A stretch of 64,000 bases of DNA from Hamiltosporidium tvaerminnensis FI-OER-3-3 (GCA_022605425.2 CM061250.1:310001-374000), one strand, 5' to 3'; counted from the stretch's first letter, positions 1 through 12,065 are shown. Notes: a model not told the origin generated them from the sequence alone. Program-made: numbers and translations.

Positions 1-209
1 TTCAAATTTTGACTAGATTAAAGCTTTTACTCAATTGATATAATTATCTTTGAACCACAATTAGAGTTACCGATATACGAAAGGGAAACCATCATCTTTG
101 CTTGATTTTTATGCCGTTTTTATTATTCAAGAATTATTTTGATTATTGATTTTCTTTCTGGTTTTTTTGTAAATTTCTCTGAACAAAATTTGATGAAGGA
201 ATTTTATCC

Positions 210-1150
210 ATGAAAGTTATTTTGACTATATTAAAGATAAATTCGGAAAATAAAATACCTAGAAATAGAACCAAAAGACCTTTTGATTTATTATTGCAAA
301 GAAAAAATGAAATTTTAGAAAACAAAAAACAACGAGTAAATAAACTGAAATTTTCTCTGAATAAATATGCTAAAGAGTCAGTCTCTATCAAGCGTTCGGA
401 AAACAGCAAGAAACATTCAATAGACTTAATTGCATGATAAAGAAGGAAAAAAAGCGATGTATGAAAGTACCAAACTCGTTTTATCTGTTCAAAAAGGAAG
501 GATCTACGAATATGTCTCAAATTGTTTTACAGGATGAGATATGAACAACTATAGCACATTTCTCAGAAAAAATTAATTTTTGAACGACAATATGTGGTAT
601 TTCGTGTAAAACAGATTTTGTTGGCCTAAGAAACCATGCCAATTAAAATGATGGATATAGATGAACTGTAAATTTTAGACTGTTATTCAATTTTTTCTCG
701 CTTAGATTTAAACATAACATAGAAAACATTTAATCTGACCCGAAGCTAATATTCATATATGAAGATGTTCCGAATATTTTACACAGCGACAAAGGCCAAG
801 AATTCAACGAATCTAATATTACAGAATTTTTATATAGACAAACGTTAGATTTGTAGACAAAGTCAAAATAACACAAATAGAAACCAGATTGAATAATTCG
901 CAAATGAAGTAAATATAAAATTCTGAAGGCATTTTTCGGTGCGGAAACCTAGACCAAGATAATATTTTGATAAGTTTATATTTAAACATAATAGATCGTG
1001 GTATAAACTCATTAATATGTCACAAATATGAGCATTAAAGTTCGCCTAGTTTAAATATATCGTTCTCCGTAATTAATTTAATAGAAAAAGAAGAAGTATT
1101 CGAAATCAAGAAGAGGAATCAGCCATTGAAAACATCTTAACGTTTATGAA
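210..1150 (+). pseudogene. Decayed retroviral-type (rve) DDE integrase/transposase, Ginger-like relic
   Basis: Manual translation across stops and frameshifts gives DFVGLRNHAN*NDGYR..ILDCYS (~615-690), LHSDKGQEFN (~779-810; SDNGxEF motif) and KHNRSWYKLINMS (~985-1020; YNxxxHxxIxMSP-like). The motifs are in rve integrase order. Confidence 0.6.
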
Positions 1151-2345
1151 AAAATAAAAATGTATGGTAGTTGATAGTGTTTTAAAGTCGCAAACCGCTA
1201 TTATGTACCCAGAAAAGTTGAAATTAGGTATAGAGCGACTTATGGTTCAGGAATGGTCTAAGATACTGAGGTTCATTACCATGCTATCGCCTTTAATCTA
1301 GGTGATGTTGTTCATATTCGAAGATCTTTTTTAAAAGCACTCATACGAAAATCAAAATACCTAGCTTTGATAAATAAGAGTTTTTAATTATTGCCGAGAG
1401 AGTTTTTTCTGAAATTTTTGCTTCTTTGATTGAATATTCCAAGAATATTGTAAATTAACACAAAGTCAGACCAATGAAGCTATCAAAATGATAAGTTTTT
1501 GTTTCTATCATGAATTTTCTTTTTTAAAGTTTTTTTGTATCTCTTCCTATACAACGAACTCTACATATGTCGACTAAGATACAAAATAATTCAAGTTGAT
1601 ATTTATTTCGTTTTATAAGATATCTGATATACGTTTATTTGTTGTAAAAAAATTCCGAAAATAATATCACATTATTCATTGAAAAAAGTAATCAAATCCT
1701 CTATTTATATAAAAAATATAATTTAAGAAATGGTATTTATTTGAATTCAGGTTATATCGATACACTCAAAAGTATTTTAAATAAATTTTAAGGTCTATAA
1801 CAGCAGAAAGATGCAAAACATTAATTATAATATTAAATACTTTAGTTATCTAATATTGGATAATGAATTGTTTTCTAAATGAAGCACATAATATTTTAAA
1901 CGTTTTTATTTAAATAGAAGGAAAAAAAAAGATTTTAATAAATAAATTAAACATAAAACAATCTGTTTAATAGAATAGAAATCATTTGAACAATAGTAAA
2001 TTATTAAGTAATTTTAAATTAGAGCATTCACAAGTGTGTGCAGATTCTACAATATTTTAAAAAATTAAAATCAAAAATCAAACATTAGATATCGTTCTGA
2101 ATTTAAAAAATAAAATTTAAAATTATATTCACTTATTTTTCAACTACCAGATATTACTTTACTCAGGAGATAGGGTTTTTAGTAATAAATATTTTATTTA
2201 ATCATTAAAAAATAAAAATACAGTGGTTTTTATAAACGGTAAAAAGCCAAATTAAAGTTCTAAGAATTTTATTCAATTCATTATAACGAACAACCTAAGG
2301 ATGTAATTAAAGTAGAATTAGATTGGTTTTATCATTAAAACTTAG

Positions 2346-3050
2346 TGAAAGAAGGATAACAATCGAAAAACTACATGTTTAGCAATGAGCTTATGAATTT
2401 GCTGCAATATGGTTTATGTTTTTAGTCAAATAAAACTACATTAGGTTTCGGGTACTCTATAAAAATTTAAATTTATAATAAAGGATTACAAACTATAAAA
2501 ATATTCACATAAAGATGGTTGGGTTTTCTATATTCAGATTACAAACCGCGGTTAATTTTGCATGTAAAGGCCTTTTAAAAATATATAAAACCATACTTTC
2601 TCACACCAGTTAGAAGATCGAGCACCTAAGAGATAGGAAAGAAACATAACCTTGGAATTTCAATACGAAATATAGAGGTAAAATCCGTTAGTCTAATATT
2701 GCAACATCTATGTAGATCACATGCAAGTCTTTGAGATATATTTAGACAAAAAGTATATTTGATTCGGAAAATGTAGAGTAAGTGAAAATGCTGCATAGTT
2801 AGGAAAACCTAGGATGCGCTTCGGCCTACGATCAGACACCATGCAGTGGACATTACCAAACACCAGACAACTACTTCACTCATTAATTAGTTTCTACACA
2901 CCTTTTATATGAACGGATAGAGATATAAGTAATTCATAAGAGTACCGATGTAGTTTCAGGAAAGAATTGTTTATGTTTACTTGATAGTCTTTACTTCATA
3001 AAAATAAATAGCGCATTTTCCTGTTTTTTACAAAGATTTCAGATTTTTAG
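2346..3050 (+). mobile_element. ~720-bp dispersed repeat, copy 1 (highly diverged)
   Basis: Collinear matches to the family: aaggataac at the 5' end, gttagaagatcgagcacc, tgtagagtaagtgaaaatgctgcatagt, gcttcggcctacgatca, ttctacacacc. Confidence 0.8.
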
Positions 3051-3479
3051 TCAAAGATTTTATTTATGTTTATATTTCGTGCGAGGAATTAGAACCCTTT
3101 TTAGAACAAGCGAGTACCGATTAAGATGTTGCTGAGCATTTTAAGCCAAGAAAACAACACATATAATATTTCAGATGGAGAAACAGGCAATAAACATAAA
3201 TGATGAGTCGGATTCAAAGAAAAACGGATAGAGGTTAAAGAGGTAGAATAAAGTATATAAAAATGTAAACGTTCTAACCTAGGAACTTTTTGAATAAATT
3301 TTATTCTATATTTTCAAGGATTAAATTTTGTTTTTTAAATATTATTCTGTAAATATTTAAAATAGTTAAAAGAAATTCAAACTTAAATCATTTATTTTTC
3401 ATTTCATTTTTATATTTAAAAGTGCTTTCGAATAAATATTTCAAAATATTATCTGTTTCAATCAAATAAATAATTTATT

Positions 3480-4197
3480 TTTATTCAATAATATCACATC
3501 CTTTTATTAAAGTAGCATGGTTATATTGTTTTCATGACATCAAAGCAGTTCTAAGTTAAATCAAATAACTTTTCTCCGAACACACTACCGGTACTCTCCA
3601 TGATACCTACATTCTAAAGCCTTTTGCCAAAAATGTATGTAGAACCTAATTAATAAGTAAAGCAGTTGCCCAGAGCTCGTTGTATAAATTGTGATCATAG
3701 TTGAAACTTAAGCCGGGCTCCACTCGAGACTGTGCAACATACCCACTTACTCCACCAGTTCTGAACTTAATACAACTTTAGCGAATATATATTACGGCGA
3801 CTTACATCGGCCTCACCTAGACAATACAATGCCATACCAACAAGGATAACCTGCTACTTACCTTTCCTAGCTTTAAAGTGTTCTATTTTTGTATCTCCCA
3901 TGCACCAAGTCTTCTAACCCGAGTGAGCAAGGGTATGGTTTCATACTTTTGCATGGCGATTACCTAAAATTTCGGCACCAGTCTGCGATCTAGCAACAAA
4001 AAAAAAGTACAAAATAGATTTATAGAAAAAGTTTCGCCATTTCGTAGATCTTCTCGCCTCACACAACTCTGATAGAATAACTAAAATCATGGTGTGGTTT
4101 TATACCCAACAAAAATCAAACAATGGTTGCGCTTCACAATTATTTCACATACTCATTACCAAGCAGATAGTTTTTAATGTGGTTATCCTCGCTCCAC
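3480..4197 (-). mobile_element. ~720-bp dispersed repeat, copy 2 (diverged)
   Basis: Reverse complement begins gtggagcgaggataaccacattaaaaactatctgcttggtaatgag. The + strand contains aagtcttctaacccgagtgagcaagg and ttttcatgacat, as in copy 9. Confidence 0.9.
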
Positions 4198-4235
4198 GAA
4201 AGATAAAAAGAAAGAAAGAAAACATAAAATATTAT

Positions 4236-5237
4236 TTATTCATCATAAACCACTGGTATTCCTGTCATTATTTCATTTTCTGTAGAAAAAATAACTTCAT
4301 TTTGGAAAAGATTCTGTCTACAAATAGGACAAACCTGTTGTCTTTCCACCCATCTTTTAAGACAAGAAGCATGGAAAATATGCCCACATGGTACAATTTT
4401 ACCCTTTTCTATATCTTCTCTACATATAGGACATGCACTGTCAGTAAATACATCTTCACATCTATCCAATTCTTTACTAATTCTTTTATAATTATTAAAA
4501 TTATTTATTTTGCTATTTAAAGCTCTGAGAGTAGAAATAGATTCTCTAAAAATATTAAACGGTATTCTGAAAAATAAACTGGTAAAAATAAAAAATAAAA
4601 TGTAACTAATTAGCTTAAATGCTGTATAAATAATATCACTGTAAAACAAATACACAGTTTTCTTGTCATCTTGATATTTCTCTTCAATTATTAAATTTGA
4701 AACGTTCCTAATTCCGGTAATTAAAACAATTCCAAATTCAAAAGAAAATAAAATATGCATCGATGGATGGTTTAGAGCACTTAAAAAAGAACCGATAAAA
4801 AACAAACTTGAAAATAAAATTATTGAAAGTCCCAAAATAAAAACTTTTAAACCTCTTTGGTGAGAGATTCTTTCGTAAAAAATCCAAGTCAAACATTTGA
4901 GGCTGAGAAGTAAAGTAAAAATTAAAAGATTTTTTATATTCAAATCTTCCGTAAAAACTGTAAGGATTAGAAGTGTGTCGGTAAGAAACAAAAATGTATT
5001 ATCGTTTAAGGCGGTAATTTCTTCTGATCTGAGACTTCCAAGTGTAAATGAAAGAAGTATTTTTGTTGAAAAATAAATTATAAAAATGAGGAAAAGAATG
5101 TGTAAAAGGTGTAGACCATTGTTGTTGGTAGTGGCAAGAAGTGTGCCGTAAAATGATTTTGTACATTTGAATTCGCGATATGTGAAAAAGGAAAGGAGAA
5201 GAAAATGTAAAACTCCGTATAAAATTAGTGTTTTCAT
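4236..5237 (-). CDS. HRD1: ERAD E3 ubiquitin ligase HRD1/synoviolin-like (multi-pass membrane region + RING-H2)
   Basis: Several hydrophobic segments followed by CPICREDIEKGKIVPCGHIFHASCLKRWVERQQVCPICR (RING-H2). CCCC lies immediately before the ATG. Confidence 0.85.
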   Translation of the reverse strand: MKTLILYGVLHFLLLSFFTYREFKCTKSFYGTLLATTNNNGLHLLHILFLIFIIYFSTKILLSFTLGSLRSEEITALNDNTFLFLTDTLLILTVFTEDLNIKNLLIFTLLLSLKCLTWIFYERISHQRGLKVFILGLSIILFSSLFFIGSFLSALNHPSMHILFSFEFGIVLITGIRNVSNLIIEEKYQDDKKTVYLFYSDIIYTAFKLISYILFFIFTSLFFRIPFNIFRESISTLRALNSKINNFNNYKRISKELDRCEDVFTDSACPICREDIEKGKIVPCGHIFHASCLKRWVERQQVCPICRQNLFQNEVIFSTENEIMTGIPVVYDE

Positions 5238-5254
5238 GGGGTGAATTTAAAATA

Positions 5255-5565
5255 TTTTATTATTTTTTTTGGGGGTTTTTTATAATTTTATTATTTTTTT
5301 TAAAATATTTTTAAGGTTTTTAAATATATTTTTTTGATTTTTATTTTTATATTATTTTTTTGGGGGTTTTTTATAATTTTATTATTTTTTTTAAAATATT
5401 TTTTAGGTTTTTAAATATATTTTTCTAATTTTTATTTTTATATTTTTTTGTAGGTTTAAAATTTAATTTTATTATTTTTTTTAAGACATTTTTAAGGTTT
5501 TTAAATATATTTTTTTGATTTTTATTTTTATATTTTTTTGTAGGTTTAAAATTAAATTTTATTAT
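5255..5565. repeat. Imperfect tandem repeat, ~85-90 bp unit x ~3.5
   Basis: Recurring units such as ttttattattttttttaaaatatttttaaggtttttaaatatatttttttgatttttt upstream of HRD1. Confidence 0.8.
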
Positions 5566-5706
5566 TTTAAATTATTTTCAAGATTTAGAGGAATAAATTA
5601 TTTGATAGTTATTGATGAGGTTTATTTATAAGAATTTATAGAAAAACTACAATTTTCATTTGAAAAAATTATTTAATACAAATTTTATTTTAAAATATTC
5701 AAAAAC

Positions 5707-7602
5707 CTACAAATTATTTTTTTTATTGTTGTACTTTTGAATTTGAATGTTAAACTCTTCTATTTTAAGAATAACATTCATCTCTTTTAAATCTTCTATG
5801 ATTTCTGGTTTACACATTTTTAAAAGATAGAGACAATTATATTTTAGAAATACTTTTTCAATACAATTTTTTCCTTTGATATCTCCATTTTTATCTAAAT
5901 AATTAATAATTTCTGGTATCAAAAATTCTTTTTCATTAAAAATACATAATTCAATGTATTTTTCAAGTAAATCTGGAAAAAACACAATTATATTTCTAAG
6001 ACTTTCAGGTGATTTAATATTTTTAAAATATTCAAATGAAATTAAATTTAATAAATTTTCTTTCTTATCGCACCTTCTATAAATACAAGTTATAAGATTT
6101 TCGTATTTATATGAAAATTTTAAAATAATTTTTATAATTTGTAAAAAATATTCTTCATTTATATTTGATAAATTAATTAATTCATAAATAATATTTTCAT
6201 ATTTGCATTTAAAAATATCTAAAATTTGTAAAATTTCAATATCCAAATAAAATATAAAAAAGATTAAAAATCCACACAAACAACTGCTTTCCAAAGTTTT
6301 GGATCCAAAATAAAAATATTTCAATAGTTTTAAATCTGTTTTGAATGCTTTTTTTATATTCGATTTTCGTATTAAAAATTCTTTAAAAATAAAAAATAAA
6401 TATTTTTTTGTAGTGACTGAAATTAATAAATCGGTATTTAAAAAACGAGCAGAAATGTGTAAAATATCCGTTACCTCTATATTTTGATTGAATATTTCCA
6501 AATCATTGATGTTTAGAATGGGATTGTGTAATTTTTCATTGTATAATTTGGAATTTATTATTTTTTGTTCTTTAATTGAAAATATTCGAATTTCTAGAAA
6601 ATTGTTTATATTTAAGAAAATATAAATGTTTTGGTTTGCTTTTTTACAAAAGATTATTTTTTCGTAGTCAAATATTCTTAAGGTGGAAATAAATTTTGTA
6701 TCAACGAAATAAAATAAAGAAAAAATTCTTGTTTGTGAGTGGTGGGTTGCGAAATCTATTTCTTTAGAAGATTGAATGCTTTGGATATTTTTAATCTGTT
6801 GATCACTTTCTATGTCACAATTGAATGATTTCCTGTCTTTCTTTATTTCTAATTCTTTGTAAACTTGTGGTTGGTCACTAAATATCATGATATACTCGTT
6901 TTCAAACATTTTAAAAAATAAATATTCCATTCTTTTTACTTCGATGAGTTTCATATTTCTTATTGAAATAAACTTCTCATTTATAAATAACAAATTTTCT
7001 TCGAAAAAATAGAAATTTTCAACTAAAAAATTAATATTTTTTTCAATTGCATTAATTTTTATGCAATAGGTATCAGATATAGCAACATTTTCATTAAATA
7101 TTTTTAAAATACCATTTTTGGAAATTCTGCACCCTATTTTTCTACCTTCTATCTCTACATACCTATCATAATAAATACACAAATTTTCAATATCAATTCT
7201 ACAAAGCTCGACCTCATGCATCAAATTATTAAAAAAATAATACAATTTATTATTCATCCCATCCAACCCAAATTTTACACCTATATACTTTTCAATAGTA
7301 TCTCTTAAATTATATATACAAATACTCTTATAAAATATATATCCATCTTCAATATAATATTCATTATCATCCACAATATTATCTGATTTATATAAAATAA
7401 CATAACTTTCAAACACAAAAATAATTTCATTTTTGCTAACATTTACCTTTAATAATTTTTGCTTAAAAATATATTTTTTAATAAATTTTATCGGATAATT
7501 AAATATTAATATTTCTTTAAATTGTATTATTGCATAGAAATTATTGGTACAATGCAAAGAACCAAAAGGTATTTTAAATATTTTTGTATGTTCTATGTTC
7601 AT
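5707..7602 (-). CDS. Hypothetical protein, 631 aa (beta-rich N-terminus, helical C-terminus)
   Basis: Long uninterrupted ORF in very AT-rich DNA. No family motif confidently recognised. Confidence 0.75.
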   Translation of the reverse strand: MNIEHTKIFKIPFGSLHCTNNFYAIIQFKEILIFNYPIKFIKKYIFKQKLLKVNVSKNEIIFVFESYVILYKSDNIVDDNEYYIEDGYIFYKSICIYNLRDTIEKYIGVKFGLDGMNNKLYYFFNNLMHEVELCRIDIENLCIYYDRYVEIEGRKIGCRISKNGILKIFNENVAISDTYCIKINAIEKNINFLVENFYFFEENLLFINEKFISIRNMKLIEVKRMEYLFFKMFENEYIMIFSDQPQVYKELEIKKDRKSFNCDIESDQQIKNIQSIQSSKEIDFATHHSQTRIFSLFYFVDTKFISTLRIFDYEKIIFCKKANQNIYIFLNINNFLEIRIFSIKEQKIINSKLYNEKLHNPILNINDLEIFNQNIEVTDILHISARFLNTDLLISVTTKKYLFFIFKEFLIRKSNIKKAFKTDLKLLKYFYFGSKTLESSCLCGFLIFFIFYLDIEILQILDIFKCKYENIIYELINLSNINEEYFLQIIKIILKFSYKYENLITCIYRRCDKKENLLNLISFEYFKNIKSPESLRNIIVFFPDLLEKYIELCIFNEKEFLIPEIINYLDKNGDIKGKNCIEKVFLKYNCLYLLKMCKPEIIEDLKEMNVILKIEEFNIQIQKYNNKKNNL

Positions 7603-7674
7603 AAATTTTATATTTTTTTATCGGTGATTTAAATTTTTAAATAAATTTTATTTTTTCATTATTTTATTTTTAGG

Positions 7675-8403
7675 TAGGGGAGGGAGGATAACCACATAAA
7701 AAACTTTCTGCTTGGTAATGAGTCTGTGAAACTGGTGTGAAGATCATTGTTTAGATTTTTTGTGGGAATACAACCACACTACATCTTCGGTTGTTCCATG
7801 GGAGTTTGTATGATGAGGAGAGGTCTAAGAAATGGAGAAACTTTTTCTACAAATTTATTTGTAGTTTTTTATGTAAACAGATTGCAGACCGCAGCTGAAC
7901 ATGTAGGTAATTGCCATGTAAAAGCATGGAAACCTAGCCTTGCTCACTCGGGTAAGAAGACTTAGCGCCTGGGAGATATAAAAATAAAAACCATTAAAAG
8001 CCGGGAAAGCTAAGTAGCAGGTTATACCTGTTGGTATGACATTGCACTGTCTAGGTGGACCCCATGTAAATCTCTGAAATATATCTTAGCTAGAAGTTTA
8101 TTGGGTTCAGAAAGTGTAGAGTAAGTAAGAATGCTGCATAGTCTTGAGGGAGCCCAGGGGGGCTTCGGCCTTCGATCACACTCCATGCAACGGACATTAA
8201 CGAACTCCGGGCAACTGCCTCACCTAATAATTAGGTTCTACACACCTGGTAGATGAAAGGCTTTGGGACGTAGGTATCGCAGGGGGTACTGATGGAGTGT
8301 TGGGGTAGCAGTCATTTATGTTAAACCTAGAACTGCGTTAATGTCATGAAAGCAAATATAACACCCGCCACTGTTTTAACCAGATTTGATACTTTTAAAT
8401 AAA
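7675..8403 (+). mobile_element. ~720-bp dispersed repeat, copy 3 (young, full length)
   Basis: Near-identical to copies 7, 9 and 10. Flanked by atttttagg at 7666-7674 and 8404-8412 (candidate TSD). Confidence 0.95.
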
Positions 8404-9151
8404 ATTTTTAGGGAAATGTTTTTATATAAGAAAAATAGAAAATAAAATATATTTTTTTTCTTTTCTCTATTTCAAAAGAAATACATCGTTTTTGGAAAAA
8501 AAAATAATAGAAAATCTATTTAAGTATATTTTATTCAATTTTTAAGAAATGTTTTATCTGATTTAAATTATATAAAGGCAGCAAAATTTATTTCTCATAT
8601 TTTTGATTTTTAAAATACTTATTTTATTACAGAGTTTCTATTAATTTTTCATTTCTAAAATTTATTAATTCGAAAAAATTATTTTTGGTTATTCTCATAA
8701 GACAATTATAAGGTTCTATGAGTAGAATGATTTTTCCAAAAATATGAATTATTTAAATATAAAAACAATTTCATTAGAAAAATCAAATCATGAAATTAAA
8801 TTAATTGGATTACCAAGACATGAATTTTAAGGATAATATATCATACATCTCTTTATATTTTAATTTATCAATTTATATTTTTTTTGATTTTAATCTAAAC
8901 AATTTGAGAAATAATTAAATATCAAATTTGATGATCTGTGATATGTTTGACATATTACAAAAATTGTTCTTTATTGCTTTAAATTAAACTAAAACTTTTT
9001 ATTGAAGTACATAATAAGATATTTAATTGTAAAATATTAAATTATGTTTTAAAAGCAATTTTTTGATATCAATTTTATATATTTTTTTTAAATTGCATAT
9101 TTCCAAAAACAGTATTCAAGATATTGAAATAGATTAAAAACTAATCTACCC

Positions 9152-11068
9152 ATGTTAATTCTCTATATCTCATTATTATTTGAAACAGTACTTGCATCTC
9201 ATACTATGATGAGCAGAGGGATGGTATTATGTGGAAGAAGGTGGCAGATGAATTTTAACAATAGGAATATGAGATTTTGCCAGATTACAAAGCCTTTATA
9301 TAGTGGGAATACAGAATCAGTTGGAACTTTTCAAGAAAAAAAACCTGGAGACATGTTTTGTGGAAGAATAGAAACAGTTGAAAGCATGACAGAAAAAGAA
9401 CATATCGGTGGAAATGATCCTGAAGACTCATATAAAAAAGAAACAGAATCTTTTGAAAGTATTACGGAAAATGAAATCGGTCTAAAAAACATAAAACGTC
9501 GCAATATTATGTTTTGGAATTCAGTGTTGAAGCTCAAATTTAATTTGAACATTTCTTACAATTTAATAAGCAGAAAAGAAGAAATAAATACTTTGAAAAA
9601 TTTAGAAAAATCGATTACAAAACTTTTCTTTCCATACCAAGCATTTACGATGGATATCAACAAAGATAAAGACATATTAAAAAATAAAATTTTTAAATTT
9701 GATAAGAAAATATTTTGCAAAATTGAAGATCTGAAAAATAAAGTTGATTATTTTATTACAGAAGAAAAATTGATTTCCAAGGTAAATGATTGTATGAATA
9801 TATCAGAAAATAATCTTATCTTAAAAAATTATATTGAAGGCGATAAATATTTTTTATCTTTTGAAAAATTACCTGAAGTTTTTAATAAGTTAGAATTTAC
9901 CGATCCACTTTCCTGGGCAGAGTTTTTTCATGATTGTGATGATGTTGATTTGTTTTCAAGTTGTTTCTATTTTATTAAGAAAAGTTATTTGGTAGATAAT
10001 AAATTCGAAGAAAAAATTTGTTTAACCGATTCTGATTTTAAAGATATGAAAAAATTCATTTCCGATTTGAAAAGTAATATTTTTTCAGATTTTGATTTCA
10101 AATCAGTTTCAACTTTTAAATATAAAAAAGAGAAAAAAGAGTCTGTAGATTCAAAATATGGAGTTTCAAACGATGAATATCTAGTAATTTATATACTTGA
10201 ATCAATTAGGACGAATAAATTTGTTTATCCTTCAGAAGACAGAAAGAAAGAGAAAGATTTGAGTATTTTTGAAAAATATTCAAAGGATTTGATTGATTTA
10301 AATTTCCAAACATGTCTTGCAATAAAAAATTTTGTAGAAAATTTTCTTTTCGAAGATAAAAATATAAAAAAAGGAAATATTAGAAAAATCATGGATTTAT
10401 ACGATTTAATTTTTGTCATAAACTGTGACAAATATGATTCCTTAGGATATTCAAATGTTGGGTTATTTTTTATAAATTTTTATCAAAATATTCATGAAAG
10501 TATTTCAACAGAAAACAGAAATTTTTTTTATAATTTTTTAGAGATTTGTTCAAATTTTAGAAGATTTGATTCTTTGAATTTAAATTTTAATCTGAACAAT
10601 AAAAAAATCGATTCTTTATTTCATTTATCGATGATTATTATTTCTCTTAATATTGATGAAACAAAAATGACAGAAACTTTCTTAAGAAACTTGAAACAAG
10701 ATTTAATTTCATGTTTTTATCTTTTTTATAGCAAAAATGGTGTTTCTAGCAGTTTTGACACTGTAAACAATACAGAAATAAAAATTGATAATCAATCTTC
10801 ATTTAATTTACAATTGAAGAATATTTTAGAGAAAAATAAAATATTTGGTAAAAATATTTATGAAAATATAAAAGAAATATCAATGTTAAACGAACACAAC
10901 AATTTATTAAATATTTTTACAGTTAAAAATGAGCTAAACGTAGAAGAAATACTTAAAAATTTGAAAAATATTGAGATTTTTGAAAATTTTTCATTCGAAA
11001 ACGAAGAAAAGGTAAAAAAAATAATCGAAAAAATTTATGGAAATCAAATGAGGAATAAAAATTTTTAA
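9152..11068 (+). CDS. Putative secreted lineage-specific protein, 638 aa
   Basis: Long ORF, CCC directly before the ATG, and a signal-peptide-like N-terminus MLILYISLLFETVLAS. Confidence 0.8.
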   Translation: MLILYISLLFETVLASHTMMSRGMVLCGRRWQMNFNNRNMRFCQITKPLYSGNTESVGTFQEKKPGDMFCGRIETVESMTEKEHIGGNDPEDSYKKETESFESITENEIGLKNIKRRNIMFWNSVLKLKFNLNISYNLISRKEEINTLKNLEKSITKLFFPYQAFTMDINKDKDILKNKIFKFDKKIFCKIEDLKNKVDYFITEEKLISKVNDCMNISENNLILKNYIEGDKYFLSFEKLPEVFNKLEFTDPLSWAEFFHDCDDVDLFSSCFYFIKKSYLVDNKFEEKICLTDSDFKDMKKFISDLKSNIFSDFDFKSVSTFKYKKEKKESVDSKYGVSNDEYLVIYILESIRTNKFVYPSEDRKKEKDLSIFEKYSKDLIDLNFQTCLAIKNFVENFLFEDKNIKKGNIRKIMDLYDLIFVINCDKYDSLGYSNVGLFFINFYQNIHESISTENRNFFYNFLEICSNFRRFDSLNLNFNLNNKKIDSLFHLSMIIISLNIDETKMTETFLRNLKQDLISCFYLFYSKNGVSSSFDTVNNTEIKIDNQSSFNLQLKNILEKNKIFGKNIYENIKEISMLNEHNNLLNIFTVKNELNVEEILKNLKNIEIFENFSFENEEKVKKIIEKIYGNQMRNKNF

Positions 11069-12065
11069 TCTTTTTTTATCAAACGAAATAAAAATGTGAC
11101 TTTTATTTTTATTTTAACTACTTAACTTTTTTTAGTAAATTCAATTCTATTGCGTTTTCTTTGTTAATACGATTTTTTACTTCAAAGTAATTTTATATTT
11201 TACTAATTAAAATATCTTTTTATAAAATTCTCTTTTCAAACGTTCTTTTACGTAGGATTTAAAGAAATTTAAATTTATATAAAATAACGAAAAAAAATTA
11301 CTAAACAATCATAATGCTTTAAGAATATATTCAAATAATAAAAATATTTTTGATAATCGATAATACTTGGTATTAAAGAATGAACAATCGAACTAAAATT
11401 ACATCAGAATGTAGATCTGAGTTAACGAAATAATCTAAATAAACTATTAGTGCTGAATAAAAAAAAAGAAATAAAATATTATATCGGTTTGTACTCTAAA
11501 AATGTGGGAAAACACCAAAAATACTTTTAATTTTACAAATCATGATTTTAACTGCTAAGGTTTTAAATAAACTTCTTTAAAATATATTTTTAATAATTAA
11601 TATATCAAAGCTGTCATTTTTACTATATTTTGAACAAATATAGTTAAGTAAATATTTAAATATATTTGATATAAAAACGTACTATTATACCTAAAAAATA
11701 TTAAAATGAGAATTTTTAATTAATAATTTATTTCATGTAAGTTTCTACTTTTAATTTTTAATTTCTTTATCATTTCAATAAACAAATAAAATAAATTTTT
11801 GCGCGATAAATGGTAATTTATCATTTTATTTCTTGTTTATTTAATAAAATAAATATTTATTTCGGAAATCTTAAAAAACGCAGACGAATGTAATTCTTTC
11901 TGCTTGAATTATTTATTTAAATGATTTACGTTTATAAGATTTACCGTAAAAACTTGAATTGAAATTTCTCAAGATTTTTTATTTTTTTCAGAAAAAAAAT
12001 AATTTTACAATTCATAAGCTGCTTAATTCATCGTTTAAAATATAAATGGTAAAAAGATGCCCTAA

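Noticed and set aside
7700-7780. Hammerhead ribozyme or tRNA-derived Pol III A/B boxes at the repeat 5' end
   Set aside because: There is no proper CUGANGA...GAAA core with flanking stems. Only a weak A-box-like string is present, with no GTTCRA B box.
7747-7965. 72-77 aa ORFs inside the repeat (also 28565-28798, 18140-18796, 4089-4520)
   Set aside because: They use non-ATG starts or are antisense to real genes, and their frames are broken by indels in other near-identical copies. Not conserved coding sequence.
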